Shown: positions 40,001-51,800 of the stretch, piece after piece | Layout: each line of letters starts with the position of its first letter | How positions within the stretch are numbered: the first letter of the stretch is position 1 | Assembly: GCA_964016885.1 (NCBI GenBank) | Contig: OZ024753.1 | Span: forward strand, 24,056,001 to 24,120,000 | From: Eledone cirrhosa | Lineage: Eukaryota | Direction: 5' to 3' | DNA: 64,000 nucleotides | Notes under the pieces: generated by a model | Database searches by the model: none | What the model was told of the DNA's origin: nothing | The model's input: only the letters and a program-made list of their open reading frames with translations | Translations under genes and position numbers: made by a program

Positions 40001-41560
40001 TGTGTACATTGTAATGTCTGTTGTTATATCTAAATTGTGTTGTGTATATTGTAATGTATGTTGTTATGTCTGTGTTGTGTGTATTGTAATGACTCTTGTT
40101 ATGTCTGTGTTGTGTTTTATGTATTGTAATTTCTGTTGTCATGTCTGTGTTTTATGTATTGTAATGTCTGTTGTTATGTCTGTATTGTATGTATTGTAAT
40201 GTGTGTTGTTATATCTGTGTTGTGTCTATTTTAATGTCTGTGTTGTGTGTATTGTAATGGCTCTTGTTATGTCTGTGTTTTGTTGTATGTATTGCAATTT
40301 CTGTTGTCATGTCTATGTTGTTGTGTGTATTGTAATATATGTTGTTATGTCTGTGTTGTATGTATTGTAATGTATGTTGTTATATCTGTGTTGTGTCTAT
40401 TTTAATGTCTGTTGTTATGTCTGTGTTGTGTTTTATGTAATGTAATATCTGTTGTTATGTCTGTGTTGTGTTGTATGTAGTGTAATATATTTTCTAATGT
40501 CTGTGTTGTTTGTATTGTATTGACTGGTATTATGTCTGTGTTGTGTGCATTGTAACGTCTGTTGTTATGTGTGTGTTGTATATATGTTAATGTATATTGT
40601 TATGTCTCTGTTCTGTTGTGTGTATTGTAATGTCTGTTGTTATGTCTCTGTTGTTTAGTGTGTATTGAAATGTCTGTTGTTATGCTGTGTTGTGTGTATT
40701 TTAATGTCTGCTCTTATGTCTGTGTTGTGTGTATTGTAATGTCTGTTGTTATGTCTGTGTTGTGTTGTGGTGCGTATTGTAATGTATGTTGTTATGTCTC
40801 TGTTGTGATGTGTGTATTGTAATGTTTTTTATTATGTCTGGGGTGTGTGTATTGTAATGTCTGTTGTTAGGTCTGTGTTGTGTTTTATTTTTTGTAAAGT
40901 ATGTTGTTATGTCTGTGTTGTATGTATTGTAATGTCTGTTGTTATATTTGTGTTGGTTGTATCTATTTTAATGTATGTTGTTATGTATGTGTTGTGTTGT
41001 ATGTAATGTAATGTCTGTGTTGTGTTGTATGTAGTGTAATGTCTGCTGTTATGTCTGCGTTGTGCGTATTTTAATATCTGTTGTTATGTCTATACTGTAT
41101 CCGCTTTAATGTCTGTGTTGTGTTGTATGTATTTTAATGTCTGTTGTTATGCTTGTGTTATGTTGTATGTACTGTAATGTCTGTTGTTATGTCTGTGTTG
41201 TGTGTATTGTGATGTCTTTTGTTATGTCTGTGTTTTGTTGTATGTATTGTAATGTCTGTTGTTATGTCTGTGTTGTGTTGTGGTGCGTATTGTAATGTCT
41301 GTTGTTATGTCTCTGTTGTGATGTGTGTATTGTAATGTCTTTTGTTATGTCTGGGGTGTGTGTATTGTAATGTCTGTTGTTATGTCTGTGTTGTATTTTG
41401 TTTTTTGTAATGTATGTTGTTATGTCTGTGTTGTATGTATTGTAATGTCTGTTGTTATGTTTGTGTTGTGTTGTATCTATTTTAATGTATGTTGTTATGT
41501 CTGTGTTGTGTTGTATGTAATGTAAAGACTGTGTTGTGTTGTATGTAGTGTAATGTCTGT
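36300..41560 (+). repeat. Related higher-order blocks with 1.6-2.3 kb spacing
   Basis: Near-identical ORFs occur at 36810/38388/40637 (1578, 2249) and 39038/41325 (2287). Markers TATATATGTTAATG and TATACTGTATCCGCTTT are shared. Confidence 0.78.
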
Positions 41561-44500
41561 TGTTATATGGGTTGTGTTGTGTGTATTGTAATGTCTGTTG
41601 TTATATGGGTTGTGTTGTGTGTATTGTATTGTCTGGTGTTATGTCTCTGTTGTGTAGTGTGTATTGAAATGTCTGTTGTTATGTCTGTGTTGTGTGTATT
41701 GTAATGTCTGTGGTTATGTAAGTGTTGTGTTGTGTGCATTGTAATGTCTGTTGTTATGTCTAAATTGTGTTGTGTATATTGTAATGTATGTTGTTATGTC
41801 TGTGTTGTGTGTATTGTAATGACTCTTCTTATGTCTGTGTTGTGTTTTATGTATTGTAATTTCTGTTGTCATGTCTGTGTTATGATGTGTGTATTGTAAT
41901 GTATGTTGTTATGTCTGTGTTGTGTGTATCGTAATGTATGTTGTAATGTATGTGTAGTGTTGTGATTTTTGTAATGTATGTTGTTATCTCTGTGTTTTAT
42001 GTATTGTAATGTCTGTTGTTATGTCTGTGTTGTATGTATTGTAATGTGTGTTGTTATATCTGTGTTGTGTCTATTTTAATGTCTGTGTTATGTGTATTGT
42101 AATGGCTCTTGTTATGTCTGTGTTTTGCTGTATGTATTGCAATTTCTGTTGTCATGTCTATGTTGTTATGTGTGTATTGTAATATATGTTGTTATGTCTG
42201 GGTTGTATGTAATGTAATGTCTGTTGTTATGTTTGTGATGTGTCGTATGTAGTGTAATGTCTCTTGTTATGTCTGTGTTGTGTGTATTGTAATGTCAGTT
42301 GTTATGTCTGTGTTGTGTTGTATGTACTGCAATGTCTGTTGTTATGTCTCTGTTGTGTTGTATGTAGTGTAATGTCTGTTGTTATGTCTGTGTTGTGTGT
42401 ATTGTAATATTTGTTGTTATGAATGTATCGTGTGTATTGTAATGACGGTTGTTATGTTTGTGTTATGTTGTGTGTATTGTAACGTCTGCTGTTATTTCTG
42501 CGTTGTGCGTATTTTAATGTCTGTTGTTATATCTGTGTTGTGTTGTGTGTATTGTATTGTCTGGTGTTATGTCTGTTTTATGTGTATTGTAATGTCTGTT
42601 GTTATGTCTGTGTTGTGTTGTGGTATGTATTGTAATGTCTGTTGTTATGTCTCTGTTGTGTAGTGTGTATTGAAATGTCTGTTGTTATGTCTGTGTTGTG
42701 TGTATTGTAATGTCTGTGTTATGTCTGTGTTTTGTTGTATGTATTGTAATGTCATTTGTTATGTCTGTGTTGTGTTGTGGTGTGTATTGTAATGTCTGTT
42801 GTTATGTCTCTGTTGAGTTGTGTGTGTTGAAATATCTGTTGTTATGTCTGTGTTGTGTGTATTGTAATGCCTCTTGTAATGTCTGTTTTGTGTTGTATGT
42901 ATTGCAATTTCTGTTCTCATTTCTATGTTGTGATGTATGTATTGTAATGTCTTTTGTTATGTCTGGGGTGTGTGTATTGTAATGTCTGTTGTAATGTCTC
43001 TGTTGTGTAGTGTGTATTGAAATGTCTGTTGTTATGTCTGTGTTGTATGTATTGTAATGTCTGTTGTTATGTATGTGTTGTATGTATTGTAATGACTGTT
43101 GTTATGTCTATGTTGTGTTGTATGTAGTGTAATGTCTCTTGTTATGTCTGTGTTGTGTGTATTGTAATGTCAGTTGTTATGTCTGTGTTGTTTTGTATGT
43201 ACGGTAATGTCTGTTGTTATGTCTCTGTTGTGTTGTATGTAGTGTAATGTCTGTTGTTATGTCTGTGTTTTTTCTATTATAATGTCTGTTTTTATGACTG
43301 TATCGTGTGTATTGTAATGACGGTTGTTATGTATCTGTTGTGTTGTGTGTGTTGAAATGCCTGTTGTTATGTCTTTGTTGTGTGTATTGTAATGGTTCTT
43401 GTTATGTCTGTGTTGTGTTGTATGTATTGCAATTTCTGTTGTCATGTCTATGTTGTGATGTGTGTGTTGTAATATCATTTGTTATGTCTGGGTTGTGTGT
43501 AGTGTAATGTCTGTTGTTATGTCTGTGTTGTGTTTTGTTTTTTGTAATGTATGTTATGTCTGTGTTGTATGTAATGTAATGTCTGTTGTTATGTCTGTGT
43601 TGTGTTGTATGTAGTGTAATGTCTCTTGTTATGTCTGTGCTGTGTGTATTGTAATGTCTGTTGTTATGACTGTATCGTGTGTATTGTAATGACGGTTGTT
43701 ATGTTTGTGTTGTGTTGTGTGTATTGTAATGTCTGCTGTTATGTCTGCGTTGTGCGTATTTTAATGTCTGTTGTTATGTCTATGCTGTATCTGCTTTAAT
43801 GTCTGTGTTGTGTTGTATGTATTTTAATGACTGTTGTTATGTTTGTGTTATGTTGTATGTACTGTAATGTCTGTTGTTATGTCTGTGTTGTGTGTATTGT
43901 AATGTCTGCTGTTATGTCTGTGTTGTGTGTATTGTAACGGCTGTTGTTATGTCTGTTCTGTGTTGTATGTATTGTAATTTCTGTTGTTATGTCTGTGTGG
44001 TGTTGTTTGTATTGTAATGTATGTTGTTATGTCTGTGGTGTTTGTATTGTAATGTCTGTTGTTATGTCTGTGTTGTGCGTATTTTAATGTCTGGTTTTAT
44101 GTCTGTGTTGTGCTGTTTGTATTGTAATGTCTCTTTTTATGTCTTTGTTATGTTGTGTTTTTTGTTATGTATGTTGATATGTCTGTGTTTTATGAATTGT
44201 AATGTCTGTTGTTATGTCTGAGTTGTGTGTATTTTAATGTCTGTTTTATGTCTGTGGTGTTTGTATTGTAATGTCTGTTGTTATGTCTGTGTTGTTTTGT
44301 GTGTAATTCAATTTATGTTATGTCTCTGTTGTGTTGTGTGTATTGAACTGTCCGTTGTTATGTCTGTGCTGTGTGTATTGTAATGTGTTGTTATGCCTGT
44401 GTTGTATGTGTGCATTGTAATGTCTGTTGTTATGTCTATGTTGTGTTGTGTGTATTGTAATGTCTGTTGTTATATCTGTGTTGTGTTGTGTGTATTGTAA

Positions 44501-45877
44501 TATCTGTTGTTATGTCTGTGTTGTGTTGTGGGTATTGTAATGTCTTTTGTTATGTCTGTGTTTTGTTGTATGTATTGTAATGTATGTTCTTATGTATGTG
44601 TTGTGTTGTGGTATGTATTGCAATATCTGTTGTTATGTCTCTGTTGTTTAGTGTGTATTGAAATGTCTGTTGTTATGCTGTATTGTGTGTATTTTAATGT
44701 CTGCTGTTATGTCTGTGTTGTGTGTATTGTAATGTCTGTTGGTATGTCTGTGTTTTGTTGTATGTATTGTAATGTCTGTTGTTATGTCTGTCTTGTGTTG
44801 TGGTGCGTATTGTGATGTATGTTGTTATGTCTCTGTTGTGATGTGTGTATTGTAATGTTTTTTATTATGTCTGGGGTGTGTGTATTGTAATGTCTGTTGT
44901 TATGTCTGTGTTGTGTTTTGTTTTTTGTAATGTATGCTGTTCTGTCTGTGTTGTATGTATTGTAATGTCTGTTGTTATATTTGTGTTGTGTTGTATATAT
45001 TTTAATGTATGTTGTTATGTCTGTGTTGTGTTGTATGTAATGTAATGTCTGTGTTGTGTTGTATGTAGTGTAATGTCTGCTGTTATGTCTGCGTTGTGCG
45101 TATTTTAATGTCTGTTGTTATGTCTATACTGTATCCGCTTTAATGTCTGTTGTGTTGTATGTATTTTAATGTCTGTTGTTATGCTTGTGTTATGTTGTAT
45201 GTACTGTAATGCCTGTTGTTATGTCTGAGTTGTGTGTATTGTAATGTCTGCTGTTATGTCTGTGTTGTGTGTATTGTAATGTCTGTTGTTATGTCTGTGT
45301 TTTGTTGTATGTATTGTAATGTCTGTTGTTATGTCTGTGTTGTGTTGTGGTGCGTATTGTAATGTCTGTTGTTATGTCTGTGTTGTGTTGTATGTAATGT
45401 AATGTCTGTGTTGTGTTGTATGTAGTGTAATGTCTGTTGTTATGTCTGTGTTGTGTGTATTGTAATGTCAGTTGTTATGTAAGCGTTGTGTGGTATGTAC
45501 TGTAATGTCTGTTGTTATGTCTCTGTTGTGTTGTATGTAGAGTAATGTCTGTTGTTATGTCTGTGTTGTGTGTATTGTAATGTCTGTTTTTATGACTTTA
45601 TCGTGTGTATTGTAATGACGGTTCTAATGTTTGTGTTGTATTGTGAGTATTGTAATGTCTGCTGTTACGTCTGCGTTGTGCGTATTTTAATGTCTGTTGT
45701 TATGTCTATGCTGTGCGTACTTTAATGTTTTTCGTTATGTCTGTGTTGTATGTATTTTAATGTATATTGTTATGTCTGTGTTGTGTGCATTGTAATGTCT
45801 GTTGTTATGTTTGTGGTATGTTGTATGTACTGTAATGTATGTTGTTATGTCTGTGTTGTGTGTATTGTAATGTTTGT

Positions 45878-48800
45878 TGTTATGTCTGTGTTGTGTGTAT
45901 TGTAATGTCTGTTGTAATGTCTGTGTTCTGTTGTGTTTTTTGTAATGTATGTTGTTATGTCTGTGTTGTATGTATTGTAATGTATGTTGTTATGTCTGTG
46001 TTGTATGTGTTGTAATGACTGTTGTTATGTCTGTGTTGTGTTGTATGTAGTGTAATGTCTCTTGTTATATGTGTTGTTTGTATTGTATTGACTGGTATTA
46101 TGTCGGTGTTGTGTGCATTGTAATAACTGTTGTTATGTCTGTGTTGTGTTGTGGTGTGTATTGTAATATCTGTTGTTATGTATCTGTTGTGTTGTGTGTG
46201 TTGAAATGTATGTTGTTATGTCTCTGTTGTGTTGAGTGTGTTGAAATGTCTGTTGTTATGTCTGTGTTGTGAGTATTGTAATGGCTCTTGTTATGTCTGT
46301 GTTTTGTTGTATGTATTGCAATTTCTGTTGTCATGTCTATGTTGTGATGTGTGTATTGTAATATATGTTGTTATGTCTGGGTTGTGTGTATTGTAATGTC
46401 TGTTGTTATGTCTGTGTTGTGTTGTATTTATTTTAATGTATGTTATGTATGTGTTGTATGTAATGTAATGTCTGTTGTTATGTTTGTGTTGTTGTGTATG
46501 TAGTGTAATGTCTCTTGTTATGTCTGTGTTGTGTGTATTGTAATGTCAGTTGTTATGTCTGTGTTGTGTTGTATGTACTGCAATATCTGTTGTTATGTCT
46601 CTGTTGTGTTGTATGTAGTGTAATGTCTGTTGTTATGTCTGTGTTGTGTGTATTGTATATATGTTGTTATGACTGTATCGTGTGTATTATAATGACGGTT
46701 GTTATGTTTGTGTTATGTTGTGTGTATTGTAATGTCTGCTGTTATGTCTGCGTTGTGCGTATTTTAATGTCTGTTGTTATATCTGTGTTGTGTTGTGTGT
46801 ATTGTATTGTCTGGTGTTATGTCTGTGTTATGTGTATTGTAATGTCTGTTGTTATGTCTGTGTTGTGTTGTGGTATGTATTGTAATGTCTGTTGTTATGT
46901 CTGTGTTGTGTTGCGGTGTGTATTGTAATGTCTGTTGTTATGTCTCTGTTGAGTTGTGTGTGTTGAAATATCTGTTGTTATGTCTGTGTTGTGTGTATTG
47001 TAATGGCTCTTGTAATGTCTGTTTTGTGTTGTATGTATTGCAATTTCTGTCCTCATTTCTATGTTGTGATGTATGTATTGTAATGTCTGTTGTTATGTCT
47101 GTGTTGTATGTATTGTAATGTCTGTTGTTATGTATATGTTGTATGTATTGTAATGACTGTTGTTATGTCTATGTTGTGTTGTATTTAGTGTAATGTCTCT
47201 TGTTATGTCTGTGTTGTGTGTATTGTAATGTCAGTTGTTATGTCTGTGTTGTGTTGTATGTAGTGTAATGTCTGTTGTTATCTCTGTGTTTTTTCTATTG
47301 TAATGTCTGTTTTTATGACTGTATCGTGTGTATTGTAATGACGGTTGTTATGTATATGTTGTGTTGTGTGTGTTGAAATGCCTGTTGTTATGTCTGTGTT
47401 GTGTGTATTGTAATGGCTCTTGTTATGTCTGTGTTGTGTTGTATGTATTGCAATTTCTGTCGTCATGTCTATGTTGTGATGTGTGTATTGAAATATCATT
47501 TGTTATGTCTGGGTTGTGTGTAGTGTAATGTCTGTTGTTATGTCTAACTTGTGTGGTGTATATTGTAATGTCTGTTGTTACGTCTGTGTTGTGTTGTGTG
47601 TATTGTAATGTCTGTTGTTATATGGGTTGTGTTGTGTGCATGTATTGTCTGGTGTTATGTCTCTGTTGTGTAGTGTGTATTGAAATGTCTGTTGTTATGT
47701 CTGTGTTGTGTGTATTGTAATGTCTGTGGTTATGTAAGTGTTGTGTTGTGTGCATTGTAATGTCTGTTGTTATGTCTAAATTGTGTTGTGTATATTGTAA
47801 TGTATGTTGTTATGTCTGTTTTGTGTGTATTGTAATGACTCTTGTTATGTCTGTGTTGTGTTTTATGTATTGTAATTTCTGTTGTCATGTCTGTGTTTTG
47901 ATGTGTGTATTGTAATGTATGTTGTTATGTCTGTGTTGTGTGTATCGTAATGTATGTTGTATTGTCTGTGTAGTGTTGTGATTTTTGTAATGTATGTTGT
48001 TATGTCTGTGTTTTATGTATTGTAATGTCTGTTGTTATGTCTGTGTTGTATGTATTGTAATGTGTGTTGTTATATCTGTGTTGTGTCTATTTTAATGTCT
48101 GTTGTTATGTCTGTGTTGTGAGTATTGTAATGGCTCTTCTTATGTCTGTGTTTTGTTGTATGTATTGCAATTTCTGTTGTCATGTCTATGTTGTGATGTG
48201 TGTATTGTAATATATGTTGTTATGTCTGGGTTGTGTGTATTGTAATGTCTGTTGTTATGTCTGTGTTGTGTTGTATTTATTTTAATGTATGTTATGTATG
48301 TGTTGTATGTAATGTAATGTCTGTTGTTATGTTTGTGTTGTTGTGTATGTAGTGTAATGTCTCTTGTTATGTCTGTGTTGTGTGTATTGTAATGTCAGTT
48401 GTTATGTCTGTGTTGTGTTGTATGTACTGCAATGTCTGTTGTTATGTCTCTGTTGTGTTGTATGTAGTGTAATGTCTGTTGTTATATCTGTGTTGTGTGT
48501 ATTGTATATATGTTGTTATGACTGTATCGTGTGTATTATAATGACGGTTGTTATGTTTGTGTTATGTTGTGTGTATTGTAATGTCTGCTGTTATGTCTGC
48601 GTTGTGCGTATTTTAATGTCTGTTGTTATATCTGTGTTGTGTTGTGTGTATTGTATTGTCTGGTGTTATGTCTGTGTTATGTGTATTGTAATGTCTGTTG
48701 TTATGTCTGTGTTGTGTTGTGGTATGTATTGTAATGTCTGTTGTTATGTCTCTGTTGTGTAGTGTGTATTGAAATGTCTGTTGTTATGTCTGTGTTGTGT

Positions 48801-51800
48801 GTATTGTAATGTCTGTGTTATGTCTGTGTTGTGTGTATTGTAATGTCTGTTGTTATGTCTGTGTTTTGTTGTGTGTATTGTAATGTCTGTTGTTATGTCT
48901 GTGTTGTGTTGCGGTGTGTATTGTAATGTCTGTTGTTATGTCTCTGTTGAGTTGTGTGTGTTGAAATATCTGTTGTTATGTCTGTGTTGTGTGTATTGTA
49001 ATGGCTCTTGTAATGTCTGTTTTGTGTTGTATGTATTGCAATTTCTGTCCTCATTTCTATGTTGTGATGTATGTATCGTAATGTCTTTTGTTATGTCTGG
49101 GGTGTGTGTATTGTAATGTCTATTGTTATGTCTCTGTTGTGTAGTGTGTATTGAAATATCTGTTGTTATGTCTGTGTTGTGTGTATTGTAATGTCTGCTG
49201 TTATGTCTGTGTTGTGTGTATTGTAATGTCTGTTGTAATGTCTGTGTTCTGTTGTGTTTTTTGTAATGTATGTTGTTATGTCTGTGTTGTATGTATTGTA
49301 ATGTCTGTTGTTATGTATATGTTGTATGTATTGTAATGACTGTTGTTATGTCTATGTTGTGTTGTATTTAGTGTAATGTCTCTTGTTATGTCTGTGTTGT
49401 GTGTATTGTAATGTCAGTTGTTATGTCTGTGTTGTGTTGTATGTAGTGTAATGTCTGTTGTTATCTCTGTGTTTTTTCTATTGTAATGTCTGTTTTTATG
49501 ACTGTATCGTGTGTATTGTAATGACGGTTGTTATGTATATGTTGTGTTGTGTGTGTTGAAATGCCTGTTGTTATATCTGTGTTGTGTGTATTGTAATGGC
49601 TCTTGTTATGTCTGTGTTGTGTTGTATGTATTGCAATTTCTGTCGTCATGTCTATGTTGTGATGTGTGTATTGAAATATCATTTGTTATGTCTGGGTTGT
49701 GTGTAGTGTAATGTCTGTTGTTATGTCTAACTTGTGTGGTGTATATTGTAATGTCTGTTGTTACGTCTGTGTTGTGTTGTGTGTATTGTAATGTCTGTTG
49801 TTATATGGGTTGTGTTGTGTGCATGTATTGTCTGGTGTTATGTCTCTGTTGTGTAGTGTGTATTGAAATGTCTGTTGTTATGTCTGTGTTGTGTGTATTG
49901 TAATGTCTGTGGTTATGTAAGTGTTGTGTTGTGTGCATTGTAATGTCTGTTGTTATGTCTAAATTGTGTTGTGTATATTGTAATGTATGTTGTTATGTCT
50001 GTTTTGTGTGTATTGTAATGACTCTTGTTATGTCTGTGTTGTGTTTTATGTATTGTAATTTCTGTTGTCATGTCTGTGTTTTGATGTGTGTATTGTAATG
50101 TATGTTGTTATGTCTGTGTTGTGTGTATCGTAATGTATGTTGTATTGTCTGTGTAGTGTTGTGATTTTTGTAATGTATGTTGTTATGTCTGTGTTTTATG
50201 TATTGTAATGTCTGTTGTTATGTCTGTGTTGTATGTATTGTAATGTGTGTTGTTATATCTGTGTTGTGTCTATTTTAATGTCTGTTGTTATGTCTGTGTT
50301 GTGAGTATTGTAATGGCTCTTCTTATGTCTGTGTTTTGTTGTATGTATTGCAATTTCTGTTGTCATGTCTATGTTGTGATGTGTGTATTGTAATATATGT
50401 TGTTATGTCTGGGTTGTGTGTATTGTAATGTCTGTTGTTATGTCTGTGTTGTGTTGTATTTATTTTAATGTATGTTATGTATGTGTTGTATGTAATGTAA
50501 TGTCTGTTGTTATGTTTGTGTTGTTGTGTATGTAGTGTAATGTCTCTTGTTATGTCTGTGTTGTGTGTATTGTAATGTCAGTTGTTATGTCTGTGTTGTG
50601 TTGTATGTACTGCAATGTCTGTTGTTATGTCTCTGTTGTGTTGTATGTAGTGTAATGTCTGTTGTTATATCTGTGTTGTGTGTATTGTATATATGTTGTT
50701 ATGACTGTATCGTGTGTATTATAATGACGGTTGTTATGTTTGTGTTATGTTGTGTGTATTGTAATGTCTGCTGTTATGTCTGCGTTGTGCGTATTTTAAT
50801 GTCTGTTGTTATATCTGTGTTGTGTTGTGTGTATTGTATAGTCTGGTGTTATGTCTGTGTTATGTGTATTGTAATGTCTGTTGTTATGTCTGTGTTGTGT
50901 TGTGGTATGTATTGTAATGTCTGTTGTTATGTCTCTGTTGTGTAGTGTGTATTGAAATGTCTGTTGTTATGTCTGTGTTGTGTGTATTGTAATGTCTGTG
51001 TTATGTCTGTGTTGTGTGTATTGTAATGTCTGTTGTTATGTCTGTGTTTTGTTGTGTGTATTGTAATGTCTGTTGTTATGTCTGTGTTGTGTTGCGGTGT
51101 GTATTGTAATGTCTGTTGTTATGTCTCTGTTGAGTTGTGTGTGTTGAAATATCTGTTGTTATGTCTGTGTTGTGTGTATTGTAATGGCTCTTGTAATGTC
51201 TGTTTTGTGTTGTATGTATTGCAATTTCTGTCCTCATTTCTATGTTGTGATGTATGTATCGTAATGTCTTTTGTTATGTCTGGGGTGTGTGTATTGTAAT
51301 GTCTATTGTTATGTCTCTGTTGTGTAGTGTGTATTGAAATATCTGTTGTTATGTCTGTGTTGTGTGTATTGTAATGTCTGCTGTTATGTCTGTGTTGTGT
51401 GTATTGTAATGTCTGTTGTAATGTCTGTGTTCTGTTGTGTTTTTTGTAATGTATGTTGTTATGTCTGTGTTGTATGTATTGTAATGTATGTTGTTATGTC
51501 TGTGTTGTATGTGTTGTAATGACTGTTGTTATGTCTGTGTTGTGTTGTATGTAGTGTAATGTCTCTTGTTATATGTGTTGTTTGTATTGTATTGACTGGT
51601 ATTATGTCGGTGTTGTGTGCATTGTAATAACTGTTGTTATGTCTGTGTTGTGTTGTGGTGTGTATTGTAATATCTGTTGTTATGTATCTGTTGTGTTGTG
51701 TGTGTTGAAATGTATGTTGTTATGTCTCTGTTGTGTTGAGTGTGTTGAAATGTCTGTTGTTATGTCTGTGTTGTGAGTATTGTAATGGCTCTTGTTATGT

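Larger units (their letters stand above)
25626..45877 (+). repeat. Copy 1 of a ~20,252-bp tandem macro-duplication
   Basis: ORFs from 25817 to 28899 recur at +20252 and ORFs from 27026 to 41325 recur at +22435. The second copy starts where this one ends (25651 matches 45903). Confidence 0.9.
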
